A stretch of 64,000 bases of DNA from Eledone cirrhosa (lineage: Eukaryota): assembly GCA_964016885.1 (NCBI GenBank), contig OZ024748.1, positions 45,074,001 through 45,138,000 of the forward strand, written 5' to 3'. The position numbers and the translations under genes are program-made. Below are positions 12,811-26,487 of this stretch, one piece after another (within the stretch, counting starts at the first letter, position 1; every line of letters begins with the position of its first letter). The notes beneath the pieces were generated by a model that was not told the origin of the DNA, did not search any database, and was given only the letters and a program-made list of their open reading frames with translations.

Positions 12811-13413
12811 ATGGTGGCTGCCAACTCGTTTTCGAGTACGGCCACTACTTTATATCCATGTAGGAGAACCCCTACCGATGCGCTGAACAAGTGTGACTTT
12901 TTACTCCAGCCAGCGACTTGAAAACTCTGGTACAAACACTACACTTGTGACAATTATTGACACATAGTGCTGGGCCCATGGTACCATGTGACGACAAGTG
13001 CAGAGAGATCTCCAGATATAAAGCAATGCCTGTGTCGTGAAGCTTTTATAGTGAGCAAAGGCACTGCACACAGCCAGTCCCACTCTCTAAACCAAGATGA
13101 TATTTACCAAAAAGAAGAACAAGTCAACATCATTGGATACCATCAGGGTTGCAGGTGTTATATCAGAGTTTTCCTTCTCCTAGAATTCTGCCTTGACAAA
13201 GGCTGAGGGGTCATCTCTCCCGGTGATTTTGGATGGCCATTGACTCTTAAGAGCTCCTTTACCCTTTGACAGGTTTTGTTTTTAGTCCTGCAGGATGTCC
13301 AAAGTCACCCTCCTCACCAAGAAACCTTGGTGGGGTTGCCAGTTTAGTCGCCAACGACCCGACCATGAGACAGGTTGTACTGGGATACATGTTACCAGTA
13401 GCACCAACTGGTG
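12811..13413 (-). mobile_element. ~600-bp non-autonomous RTE-derived element in (CATA)n
   Basis: Minus strand retains C2H2 remnant HKCSVCTRVFKSLAG..SH; 3' hairpin and (TATG)n tail; 5 copies in window. Confidence 0.75.
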
Positions 13414-13579
13414 CATACATACATACATACATACATACATACATACATACATACATACATACATACATACATACATACATACATACATACATACCTATAT
13501 ACATATATACCTATATATATACATACCTATATATACACACACACACATACATACATACATACATACATACATACATACA

Positions 13580-13613
<34 letters not shown>

Positions 13614-13654
13614 CATACATAGCTATATACATACATACATACACACATGCATGC

Positions 13655-14125
13655 TCATGGTAGCCAGCCTGTGATTCGTGTATGGTTATCAAATGACATC
13701 AGTTTGAGTTGTGTAGGTGCAGCCAACAAATATAGGTTTTTAGCCCTATACGTAACTTACAGTGTTTTACCCAGAGTTGGCAAGTCTGCCATGTTCTCGA
13801 TATAGCATTATTGACCTAACGTGGGTTAGTATACTATTTAATGTGCTGTTTTAGGCCAGAAGAAGACCCGCATTCTTTGTCACAGGTTCTACATATGTAT
13901 GTTGTATTTCTGGCCGAGATGATTTGGTAATTGGTAGGAGCTCTTCTATATTTATAACTGCAAAGATGACTTTTCTTAACAACTTTGCAGAAGAAGAATC
14001 TGTTACAAATTTCACATATTAATCCATGGGCATCACCAGTTTGTTCGGGTAAATTGATAGCAAGGCCGTTTCTGACAACTTTTTTAATTTCTCATGTGTA
14101 CCCAATATGTCGTGAAAACATAGAT
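13655..14125 (-). pseudogene. Decayed LINE 3' end (RTE-like) with multiple C2H2 fingers
   Basis: Manual translation LICEICNRFF..KKSHL and YICRTCDKECGSSSGLKQHIK; ends GCTACCATG..(TATG)n. Confidence 0.65.
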
Positions 14126-14143
14126 TCATTCATACATACATAC

Positions 14144-14732
14144 ATGGTGGCTGCCAACTCGTTTTCAAGTACGGCCACTACTTTATATCCATGTAGGAGA
14201 ACCCCTACCGAACCCCTACGAGTGTGACCTTTTAGTCCAGCCAGCGACTTGAAAACTCTGGTACAAACACTACACTTGTGACAATTATTGACACATAGTG
14301 CTGGGCCCATGGTACCATGTGACGACAAGTGCAGAGATCTCCAGATATAAAGCAATGCCTGTGCCGTAAAGTTTTTATAGTGAGCAAAGGCACTGCACAA
14401 CGCCAGTCCCACTCTCTTAACCAAGATGATATTTACCAAAAAGAAGAACAAGTCAACATCATTGGATACCATCAGGGTTGTAGGTGTTATATCAGAGTGT
14501 TCCTTCTCCTAGAATTCTGCCTTGACAAAGGCTAAGGAGTCATCTCTCCCGGTGATTTTGGATGGCCATTGACTCTTAAGAGGTCCTTTGCCCAGGTCAC
14601 CAGCTGGTGCTACTGGTAACATGTATCCCAGTACAACCTGTCTCATGGTGGGGTTGTTGGCGACTAAACTGGCAACCCCTCTAAGGTTTCTTGATGAGGA
14701 GGGTGACTTTGGACATCCTGCAGGACTAAAAA
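14144..14732 (-). mobile_element. RTE-derived element copy with inverted 5' end
   Basis: 14144-14589 collinear with the 12811 copy; 14590-14732 is its 5' portion in reverse orientation. Confidence 0.8.
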
Positions 14733-14984
14733 CATACATACATACATGCGTACATACATACATACATATATACATATATACATGCGTACATACATACATG
14801 CGTACATACATACATATATACATACATACATACATACATACATACGTGCGTACATACATACATACATACATACATACATGCGTACATACATACATACATA
14901 CATACATACATACATACATACATACATACATACATACATTCATACATACATAATACATACATACATTCATACATACATACATAC

Positions 14985-17050
14985 GACCATACGTATCATA
15001 CTATTCCTTCAAGATCACTGTGAAAATAATAACATCATCACAGATGAACAAGTAGCTGGAAAGAAAGGGGTTTGGGGATGTGCTGAACAACTCCTAATCA
15101 ACAAACCTGCGATGTCGGAGGTGCTACAACTTAGGAGGAATATGACTACAGTCTGGCTGGACTACAGGAAAGCTTTCGATTCTGTTCCCCACTCTTGGAT
15201 GATAGAGGCCCTCCAACTTGCTAAAGTCCCAGACATTATTGTCAGAGCCATAGAGAGGCTGTCTTCTTCTTGGGCTACTATCCTAAGGTTAAAGACAGAG
15301 AGGGAGGACTCTATTTTCACTGATAAAATAAAATATTGCAGGGGTATATTTCAGGGGGACAGTCTCTCTGTGATATTGTTCATCTTGTCATTAAACCTCT
15401 TGTCCTTTCTGCTCAAGAAATGTGAGGGATACATCATTGGCTCACACGAGGACAGAAATACGAACCTAACCCATAATTTCTTTGTGGACGATCTGAAACT
15501 CTATGCCAAGAACATGGATGGGATGAAGAAAATTCTTGACCTGGTTACAACGTTCTCAAAGTATATAGGAATGGAGTTTGGCCAAGATAAATGCTCATAC
15601 ATGACTGCAAAGCGGGGAAAAACAACAACCCAATCTAGCAACATTGTCATCAATGGCCTAACTGTTTCACAGATATATGATGAGGACTGCTACAGATACC
15701 TGGGGATAGATGAGAACATATCCTATAATGGTATCTGTAATAAAGAACGCGTAACCAGGGAATACTACACCCGATTAAGAAAGATCTGGTCATCAGAACT
15801 CTGTGCGCAAAACAAAACAGTGGCTCACAATGTGTTTGCTGTGTCTGTCCTAACACCAACGTTTGGAATACTCAATTGGACGATAGACGAAATCCGAGCA
15901 GTTGGTGTTGGAACTCGAAAAATACTGAACAACACCGGAAACTTCCACATCAACAGTGACATAGACCGCCTTTACTTAACGTAAGCAGGGAGGCAGAGGC
16001 CTAACATCAGTCCACACAACATTTGAATGTCGCATCATATCTCTCCGACAACATCTACGAACCTCGAAGCGTAGGAGCCCGTTTCTCGAGCAAGTCTATC
16101 TGCATGAAACAGATAAGATCATGAGAGTTGGGAAGGAACTCCTTGAGAGATATTCCCTGTGTGATAATCAAAAACTCACACCCAGGGATGTCACCCAGCA
16201 GTATCGCAATGAATCCATGGATGAAAAACTGCATGCCTATCAGCAAAAAATCATGCATGGATATGTTGCCACGAGGCTCAAGAGTGAGAGTAATATAGAT
16301 AAGGAAAGTAGTCTATCTTGGACCAACAACCGCTATATTGGCTCCCACTTTGAAGGATTCGCTTTTGCAATCCAGGAACAGGAGATTAGCACTAAATACC
16401 TGATTCACAAAAGAGATAGGGATGCAGGCAAAACACCTAGATGTGATAACAAGTGCAGACTCTGCAGAACTAACATCGAGGATATCACCCATGTCATCAG
16501 CAGCTGTCCAAAGATGTCATCGCGGTACTATCTACCTATGAGGCATGATGTAGTGGCCAAAACACTGTACAATGCAGTTCGTAAAAAAGATAGCCCCGAT
16601 AATAAACACATTAAAAGCTTCAACAATGTGGAAGACATCCATGTACATAATATGAAAGAGTACTGGTTGAATGTTCCAGTATAAACCCCAATAAAATGCA
16701 GGCATAACATACCAGATATTATATTATGGGACAGGGAGCAGAAAACATGCACAGTAGTGGAAATTAGCTGCCCAGCAGATGCCAATATAATATCAAAGAT
16801 TAGTGAAAAGGAGAATATTTATGCAGAACTGATGAGAAATCTGCAGATACTCCACCCTGATTACACCTTCAGATTTATGTCTGTGATTATTGTTGGGACA
16901 ATGGGATATGTTAGTAACTGCCTCAATACAAATCTTGAGAAGCTAGGCTTCACAGGAACAGAAAGAACACAACTAGTTAGGAAATTACAAGTACAATCCA
17001 TTAATGGAACAGTAAACATATGTAAAACATTCCAAAAATTTTGCATCTAA
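14985..17050 (+). pseudogene. Dong/R4 ORF remnant (RT-CCHC-RLE), disrupted
   Basis: WLDYRKAFDSVPH, RGIFQGDSLS, FFVDDLKLY, CRLC..HVISSC, RHD, PDIILWD, EISCP; breaks near 15982 and 16682. Confidence 0.9.
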
Positions 17051-17268
17051 TAACTGCATATACACATGTACAGATACAAAGCATATACACATACAACTCA
17101 AAACATCCACATCCACACACAATAACATCCATATCTACACATGCATGCATACATACATATCTACCTAGTTGATGTTGTGTAAATTCCAATGAGAGAGTCT
17201 TGTGTCTATGTTAGAAACCGACTGTCTCTCTACTGGTAAAACTTTGTGAAATTATAAAACCAGAAGAA
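14985..17268 (+). mobile_element. 5'-truncated Dong/R4-clade non-LTR retrotransposon in (CATA)n
   Basis: RT plus CCHC plus restriction-like endonuclease; flanked by (CATA)n on both sides. Confidence 0.9.
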
Positions 17269-17366
17269 CATACATACATACATGCGTACATACATAGTTC
17301 ATGAACTAAATTTGGGAGTGTTATATAGAGAGGTGTGGTTGTGTACTAGTTCTACTAGTTCTAGGA

Positions 17367-17409
<43 letters not shown>

Positions 17410-17437
17410 TGTGTATGTGTGCGTGTGTGTGTGTTTA

Positions 17438-17610
17438 TCCTGGCTTCAATCTGGGGTAACCACATTAAGTAAGGCACTCAATACATAGCAAAGTATAAAT
17501 GTATGAAACAGTTCTTGGCCCGTAGAAGCCATTTCTATATTAAATATTTATACTCTGCCATGTATTGAGTACCTTACTTACTGTGGTTACCCCCGATTCA
17601 ACCCGTGAAA
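17438..17610. mobile_element. Fold-back fragment of family F
   Basis: Inverted arms ~17446-17500 / 17547-17602; homologous to 28186-28316 and 29650-29843. Confidence 0.7.
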
Positions 17611-17634
17611 CATTATCCATTCTCAGTTTCTCTC

Positions 17635-18535
17635 AACCAACCACCTAACCAACCAACCAACCAACCAACCAACCAACAAGAAACCAACCAACCAACCACC
17701 TAACCTCCCAACCAACCAACCACCTAATCAACTAACCAGCCAACCAACCAACCAGCTAACAAACCAACCAGCCAACCAACCAACTAACCAACCAACCAAC
17801 CAACCAGCCAACCAACCACCTAACCAACCAACCAGCTAACCAACCAACCACCTAACCAACCAACCAGCCAACCAACCAACCAGCCACCTACCGGCCAACC
17901 AACCACCTAATCAACCAACTAGCCAACCAACCAACCAGCTAACAAACCAAGCAGCCAACCAACCAACCAACCAACCAATCAGCCAACCAAGCAGCCAACC
18001 AACCAACCAACCAACCAACCAACCAACCAACCAACCAACCAACCAACCAACCAACCAACCAACCAACCAACCAACTAGCCAACCAACCACCTGACCAACC
18101 AACCAGCTAACCAACCAACCACCTAACCAACAAACCAACCAACCACCCAACCAGCCAACTAACCAACCACCTAACCAACCAACCAACCACCTAACCAACC
18201 AGCCAACCAGCCAACTAACCAACCAGCCAACCAGCCAACCAGCCTACCAACCAACCAACCAACCAACCAACCACCTAACCAACCAACCAACCAGCCAGCC
18301 AACCAGCCAACCAACCAACCACCTAACCAACCAACCAACCAGCCAACCAGCCAACTATCCAACCACCTAACCAACCAGCCAACCAATCAACTAACCAACC
18401 ACCTAACCAACCAACCAGTCAACCAACCAGTCAGCCAACCAACCAACCAGCCAGCCAACCAGCCAACCAGCCAACCAGCCAACTAACCAACCAGCTAACC
18501 AGCCAACCAGCTAACCAACCAATTGGCTAACCATC
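17635..18535. repeat. Degenerate (AACC)n tetranucleotide array
   Basis: Direct reading. Confidence 0.95.
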
Positions 18536-19199
18536 TCCAATCGTTTCCCAGTATCTTCCCAGTGTCTTCATCATTATTAAATTCTCTACATATGGTTATA
18601 CACAGTATTCTATATTTTATGTGACATCACGGAAGGACATATTAATATGTCCCTTATAAAAACATTACAGTGTAGAATAAATCAAACGTAAAGCTGGAAA
18701 CTCAATCAAAAAAAGCCGTTGATTTATAAAGTAACGTGTAATCCATACTTGATAAGGATTATATGAGAGAATTCTGTTGTTTTATAGTTTTTCTGTTTTG
18801 TTTTTGCTTTTGAAAATACACCTCTGACGAGTAGCTTTTAATTTACGTTCGTCAAAAGACGGATTATTTCATTAAGACTATTCTGATTGGGAAGGATATT
18901 CTTAGTCGAAGAATTAATTAACTTTTGGTAATTTAAACTCTAAGAATAAAACCAAAAATTAGAACAAAACAAAAATATAAAAGTAACGTGAAACAACCAC
19001 AAACTTTAATGTATTTTTAATCGGCATTTTTAATATTACAAAGAACAAATAATAAACAAACAATAACAACAGCAAAATGGAAAAGGGGAAAATGTTGACT
19101 GTCCGATCTGACCAATAAAACTATATTTCTGTTGGTCTTTCCATATCTGATATTATCTGCTGGTCGCATCTTGTGGCCTGAAGTGTCGCTGTTTTTCTA

Positions 19200-19430
19200 G
19201 TGACCGTTGGCAGGATATGAACTCAGATCTCATAGAAGCGGGACTGATACTACAAGGCACCCCGTCCGATTCTTTAACCATTCCACTAAACCACCGTCTA
19301 TGGACACCTACTATATTTATCAAGTCCGAAAGAACGAAGAGCAAAGTTCACCTCAGCAGGATATAAACACTGAGAGTCTGAACAAATACTGAAGTAAATA
19401 ATCACCTCATGCTCAAATGACTCGTCCATT
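19200..19430 (-). mobile_element. Two degraded tRNA-derived SINE pieces
   Basis: revcomp resembles GAGTTCA.ATCCTGCC..GGT.AACTTTGC..TTC.TTCTTTCGG..TTGATAAA. Confidence 0.5.
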
Positions 19431-19840
19431 ACATGGTGGGATATTCCTACGTATTCGGGATAAAAGACGACTGCTAAATCTCCGTCCCTCAGTATATACC
19501 TGGTACAGGTACAGAACCAATTTTCCGGCACCCAGTGCCGGATTATGTATTTAACTAGATACATATGACAGAGTCAGAAATATACTTTTTACTTTTGAAT
19601 AGTATATACATTATATGATATATATATATAATATATATACATAATATTATATATATATATCATATAATATATATACTATTATATATATATACATAATATT
19701 ATATATAATATATATATATATATATAATATATATACATAATATTATATATATATATCAAAAGAATCAGGACCCACTCTATTACCACAAGTATCAAGTACT
19801 CTGGTGCACCATGGTCCCCCTGGTATGTTACCACACCCTC

Positions 19841-19892
<52 letters not shown>

Positions 19893-21289
19893 GAAAACAG
19901 GGAGAAAAAGACGATTATTAGGAAGAAAAACTTTTTTTTTCCCTTTTTATTTTTTTCTCTCTTTTTTCTGGGTTAGAAAATGATTAAAACGAAATATTTT
20001 ACTTTGTGTGAAGTGTTAAGGTATTAGTTGATTTATTTATTACTTAACAATGGCATTTATTGATTTATTTATATATTTAATAATTGTCTATTACCGGTTT
20101 CAGCATTTTTATGCATTATCAAATGATAATAATATGTATTGGTGTAAAAGAGTGGTGTTGGACATGTTAAAGAAATGGTGCAGAAAGAATAATGTTATTT
20201 ACAAACAAGGTTTAGGAAGTGAAAATAAAAGAGAAAAAAAGAGGCGTAACGTGGAGCATAATAAGGCAATGTGAAAGAAAAAATAATGTTATTTACAGGC
20301 ATAGTTCGTGAAGATAAGCAGATCAAAATGTGTTAATATAGCAAGAGTGATTAGTTGATCCATGATAGAGGCAAATGGTGGACTGGGGTTTGATATGATT
20401 TCCCTTTTTAGAGAGGTAATATGCAGGGGGGGGGGTGTAATTCATGCTGGATGATATTTAATTTATTTAAGAAAAAGGATTAGGTAGGGTGTACGGGAGG
20501 TAACTTTTAAAGAGACATATGCATTTGTAAATGTTTGATTGTTCGTTCCAGTTTTAGTTTAGTACGAAGTTTAGTGCATTAGGTAGAGGTTGGAATTTGT
20601 TAATGAAATACGTTTCCTTATTGGTACGATGGATGAAAGTAGAGTTGTCTATGAATTTGAAAATGGGGAAAATTTTAAAGTTTGGATGTTGGTTGGGTGC
20701 ACAATTGGCGATATGTTCAATAAACGCAATCTTTCTGTATTCCTGTATTTTGATTTGTGATTTATGGACAGTCATATGTTGTCGGAGGCTATTTTTTGTC
20801 TGTCCTATGTAGTGTTCTTGACAACCTGCACATGTAAAGTTGTGTTTAACTGTGAAATGTTATCCTTGTTTAAAATGGAATGTTGAACCTTCTATTAGAT
20901 TTATGCATATGCCACAGTTGGACCTTCCGCATTTTGTTACTGTAGAGTTCATTGTGGGGTTTGGTTGGATTTTGGCTTGTGTGAGGATGATTTTTATGGA
21001 TTTAGATTGTCTTTTCCTCTTTATGATGTTGTTTGTTTGGAGGATTTTGTTCATTCTTGGGTCTCTTTTTAGTAAAGGAATGTTCTGGAGGATGGTGTCG
21101 AATGCCTCATTGTTGAGGGGGTTGTGTGTGGAAATGTATGGTAGAGTTTTCTGTTGCGGTTCATTCCTGGGTTTGGGGTGTCTGAGTTCCTGGATGTCGA
21201 GTTTTAGGGTACGTTGGAATCCATTGTTGATTAGGGATGGTGGGTAGTTTCTGCTGATAAGTGTGTTTTTTAACCTTGTCATGTGATAT

Positions 21290-22430
21290 GTGAAAACCAC
21301 TCTCTACCGCAAAGTTCTAGACAAATACGGCAACCACTTCCACCAACACATAGAAAAGAACTGGGAGAGATATCTGGACGACTGCTTCATCCTCTGGCAT
21401 GAAAGTATAGATAGGCTGATTGAGTTTAAAACCCTTCTGAATGGACTCAACACAAACTTACAATTCACAATGGATTACAGCCATGAACAACTCCCTTTCC
21501 TCGACATCCTCATCAAGAAAACAAACAACAAAATAGAAACAGACATATACTACAAACCCACAGACTCCAAACAATGCCTTCCATTCAACTCGTGCTACCC
21601 TAAACACACCAAAATGGCAATTCCTTATAACCTAGCCAGAAGGATCTGCACAATAGTTTCAGATAAATACACATGCTATACACGACTAGAAGAATTAAAA
21701 AACACACTTATCAGCAGAAACTACCCACCATCCCTAATGAACATTGGATTCCAACGTGCCCTAAAACTCGACATCCAGGAACTCAGACACCCCAAACCCA
21801 GGAATGAACCGCAACAGAAAGCTCTACCATACATCTCCACACACCACCCCCTCAACCATGAGCCATTTGATACCATCCTCCAGAACATTCCTTTACTAAA
21901 AAGAGACCCAAGAATGAACAAAATCCTCCAAACACACGACATCATAAAGAGCGAAAGACAACCTAAATCCATAAAAAACATCCTCACACAAGCCAAAATC
22001 CAACCAACCCCCACAATGAACCCTACAGTAACAAAATTCGGAAGGCCCAACTGTGGCATATGCATAAATCTAATAGAAGGTTCAACATTCCATTTTAAAC
22101 AAGGACAACATTTCACAGTTAAATACAACTTTACATGTGCATCTGAAAACCTAATCTATGTTTTGACCTGCTCAGGTTGTCAAGAGCACTACATAGGACA
22201 GACAAAAAGCAGCCTCCGACAAGTTACAAATCAAAATACAGGAATACAGAAAGATTGCGTTTCTTGAACATATCGCCAATTGTGCACCCAACCAACGTCC
22301 AAACTTTAAAATTTTACAAATTTACAAATTCATAGACAACGCTAATTTCATCCATCGTACCAATAAGGAAACGTATTTCATTAACAAATTCCAACCTCTA
22401 CTTAATGAATTAAACTTCGGACTAAACTAA
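21290..22430 (+). pseudogene. Penelope RT (5' truncated) plus Cys linker plus GIY-YIG endonuclease
   Basis: WERYLDDCF, QLPFLDILI, TDIYYKPTD, (C)GRPNCGIC, NLIYVLTCSGCQEHYIGQT; frameshifting deletion near 22223. Confidence 0.9.
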
Positions 22431-22854
22431 AACTGGAACGAACAATCAAACATTTACAAATACCTATGTCTCTCTAAAAAGCTACCTCCCGTACACACTA
22501 CCTAATCCTTTTTCTTAAATAAATTAAATATCATCCAGCATGAATTACCTCCCCCTGCATATTACCTCTCTAAAAAGGGAAATCATATCAAACCCCAGTC
22601 CACCATTTGCCTCTATCATGGATCAACTAATCACTCTTGCTATATTAACACATTTTGATCTGCTTATCTTCACAAACTATGCCTGTAAATAACATTATTT
22701 TTTCTTTCACATTGACTTAATATGCTCCACATTACGCCTCTTTTTTTCTTTTTTCTTTTCACTTCCTAAACCTTGTTTGTAAATAACATTATTCTTTCTG
22801 CACCATTTCTTTAACATGTCCAACCCCACCATTCTACACCAATACATATTATTA

Positions 22855-22894
22855 TCATTTGATAATGCATAAAAATGCTGAAACCGGTAATAGA
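22855..22894 (+). ncRNA. Degenerate hammerhead in Penelope 3' repeat (mirror copy 20087-20126, minus)
   Basis: TCAT-TTGATAA-TGCAT aaaa ATGCT-GAAA-CCGG-TA-ATAGA; core U3/A8 instead of C3/G8, same in both arms. Confidence 0.55.
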
Positions 22895-23419
22895 CAATTA
22901 TTAAATATATAAATAAATAAATAAATGCCATTGTTAATTAATAAATAAATCAACAAATACCTTAACACTTCACACAAAGTAAAATATTTCGTATTAACCC
23001 AGAAAAAAGAGCGAAAAAATAAAAAGGGGAAAAAAAATTTGTTTTCTTCCTAATAATCGTCTTTTTCTCCCTGTTTTCAAATATATATATATATATATAT
23101 ATATCCTAACTCGTGTGCTTCCTCTCCACATTTTATTACTATTATTATTATTATGTATATATATATATATATATATATAGTTTAACGTGAAGTTACTGTA
23201 GGTTCACCCAGATGAGCACTCGATGTTTAGATTCTCGTCAGTGGCGAGGTGTAGGTCTAAACAGAGTGTAATAAAAGCTAGTGGGACCTCTCATTACAAC
23301 AGCAGCGGTCTGACGTGCTTTTGATTACGGAGTCTGGCCAGATGGATACAGATCGATCCATGAACGAAACGCGCGTCACCAATCAATAAACGTAATTTCG
23401 GCTTAACACGTCGTCCTTG

Positions 23420-23460
<41 letters not shown>

Positions 23461-23605
23461 ATATTATGGGATTTGAACTCATAAAGTAATGAACCGGAAC
23501 AAACGTTACAACGCATTTCTCCCGATGCTCTATCGATTTTGCCAATCTCCCATCTATAAATGATATCTTATATATATATATATTTTATTTAGGCTAAATA
23601 GAGAG

Positions 23606-23655
23606 TCTTGTTACTCTGGAGTTTCGCCTGTTTATCACAGGCTCATCAGACAAGA
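23606..23655 (-). ncRNA. Type I hammerhead ribozyme in fold-back element 23585-23770
   Basis: revcomp TCTTGT-CTGATGA-GCCTG tgataaa CAGGC-GAAA-CTC ca GAG-TA-ACAAGA; canonical. Confidence 0.9.
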
Positions 23656-23770
23656 TGACCCTGTGATAAAGAGGCGAAACTCCAGGGTAACAAGGCTCAC
23701 TATTTAGCTTTAATAAAATGAATATTTAAACTCTACATTGGTATTTAGTACTCTTTCGTCTCGGCCGTCA

Positions 23771-23824
<54 letters not shown>

Positions 23825-24296
23825 GATACATTAACGGAGCCATAGACTCGCCGTTCCCCGTAAATAATGCGCTGAAAGGAGAGGAAATCCTGAGCTCTTT
23901 AAAATACAATATGTTGAAAAGGTAACACACCAGAGAGAGATACAGTGCGCTATCAATAAAACAGGGAAAAACCACAAGTGAACGCTCTCTTCAGATAAAA
24001 TACAAAGTTTGTTTTATAAATATTGACATAACCAGGAAGAAGATCTTAACGGTTCAGGTTTTTTCATATATATAATAATAGAATACTTTGATAACTTTGA
24101 TAGGTTTCGGCTAGTATTGGCCCAGGCCATGTCTAACTTAATAGCACCACCTGGCGAATAAATATGGTTTTATAAATATAGTTTCCATTTATTTAATATC
24201 TTTGAATATTATACTTCATAAAACTTGTCGAGTGCTCTGAATCAGTTATAAACATTTATATTTGTTGAATTACCAACAAATTAAATATCCCTTTTT

Positions 24297-24362
<66 letters not shown>

Positions 24363-25074
24363 CATTGGGTTTTTTAAATCTTTTAAATTATTTTTATTTA
24401 TTTGATTTGATTCTGATAGCTTCTCATAACTTTCATAAGTCTACCCTTTCAATATCTTGATTGAGATATACGTAGGATAAATTTCTATACTAAATATATA
24501 AAACATATTATTTTAACTTAAGATACTCTATAGTGTTTTAAAGATATTTAATGCTTTCATATTTCTAGATTTCTTTTGAATATACTGATATAGTTGCATT
24601 TCCAAAATATATTCCTTTGGTATTTTAAATTTATATTGTTATGCTTATATTTACAAGTTATAATCCTTTAGTAATATATTGATATTTGATTATCTCTATA
24701 CAAATGCATATGTGTGTATTAACATGCATATAAAGTCTTATAGTTTTTTGTGTTTGTATATATGTCTGTATATATACATGAGCGATACGGGAAGACGCAC
24801 GCAAATATTTATTTATACATATGTATGTGTATATATGTATGTATATATATCTATGTGGGTGAGAGGTATGTTGCAGATATGCATAATATTAAATACATGA
24901 ATGGTAATCGTATATATGAGGACATGAATATTAATCGTATATATTTATGTATATATACTGTGAACTTTTTATAACACAAGGAATGTATAGCAGTGATTAA
25001 GAGAAATCATTTACGTTTTGTATGGCTATATTGTTGGCTTGAGTAAACATAATTTCTATTTTCAGGACATGCGT

Positions 25075-25108
<34 letters not shown>

Positions 25109-25722
25109 TTGTATGTCTTTGCATAAGATACTGATCTCTATACCAAGGGTACATTTTGAACGATTTAACTCAGATTTTGGTATATTGATCTCAAGTTTTT
25201 AAACTAAACATATAGTCATTATTGAACAATGTTTAATTTCTCATATTATATATCTATGTCCCATTCATGAATATTGATATTTATATTTTTATTATTCATT
25301 TCATATAAATTGTTAACTCAACTTAATATGACATGACGTAAAGTTATCATTGTCTCCCCCTCTCTCTATATAGTATTTCTCTTTCTTGAGTTTTTCTATC
25401 TGTATGATGACTTGGTATCTCTCTGTTGCTTTCCTTTGTTTTTCTTATTTCTTCCTTTTTTCTTTCTTTTTTATTTCCTCCTATCTTTATTTATCTCTTT
25501 CTTTCTTTTCTCGATACATTTCTCTCTCTCTCCGATATTTCTCCAGGTTTTCTTTCTCTCTCTCCGTCTTTTTTCTTTTTTTTCTTTCTCTCCGTCTTTT
25601 TCTAATTGTGCTTAACACTATGACTTATTATATAAACAAATCACTATCCAGACAGCCTCCAAAAGTAATGGTTGCATTTTAAAAGGGTACGTCAAAGCTA
25701 TTTGTAAAACTGTTATATATTG

Positions 25723-25787
25723 TATTTTGTCTGATGAAGGCATACCATAATTTAATGTGGTATCCCTGAAATATGTATAATGAAATA
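25723..25787 (+). ncRNA. Type I hammerhead ribozyme (family D)
   Basis: TATTTTGT-CTGATGA-AGGcATACCAT..GTGGTATcCCT-GAAA-TATGTA-TA-ATGAAATA. Confidence 0.85.
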
Positions 25788-25826
25788 AATATGGTTTTAT
25801 AAATATAGTTTCCATTTATTAATATC

Positions 25827-25901
<75 letters not shown>

Positions 25902-25971
25902 CTCTATATGTTTATATATATATATAAATATATATATATGCATCTATCTATCTATCTATCTATCTATATAT

Positions 25972-26041
<70 letters not shown>

Positions 26042-26180
26042 CTCTCTCTCTATATATATATATATATAACTATATCTCTATATGTATTGTTATACTTGGG
26101 GAGGGTCATATTGTAATAATATTGCCAGAAATAACAATATTTATTTCAACATCATATCAAAAGCCTTGCAAAACAAATTC

Positions 26181-26240
<60 letters not shown>

Positions 26241-26271
26241 AGATCAAAAGATGGTTAAAGGAGTTCCATGT

Positions 26272-26340
26272 ATTTTATTATGCGCATTTCAAAAACAAAC
26301 ATCATCATGCAATAATATTTGTGTTTTCATCAGATAAAAC
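26272..26340 (-). ncRNA. Type I hammerhead ribozyme
   Basis: revcomp GTTTTAT-CTGATGA-AAACA..TGTTTTT-GAAA-TGCGCA-TA-ATAAAAT. Confidence 0.85.
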
Positions 26341-26487
26341 AGGAGGACATGATATGAAGGCTAAAAAACACTTGTGGATAGTGCAGTTTTAAATCAACAT
26401 ATATATTTTGGAAATGCAACATATCATATGTTGATTTAAAACTGCACTATCCACAAATGTTTTTTACCCTTCATATCATGTCCTCCT

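Larger units (their letters stand above)
19891..23079 (+). mobile_element. Penelope-like element (Neptune-like) with 1.4-kb inverted copy of its 3' part
   Basis: 19891-21275 is the reverse complement of ~21697-23079; both outer ends abut (TA)n. Confidence 0.9.

Noticed and set aside
19216-19499. Exon-like stretches (LWTPTIF on plus; YILRDGDLAVVFYPEY on minus)
   Set aside because: Largely overlap degraded SINE sequence; no recognisable protein family
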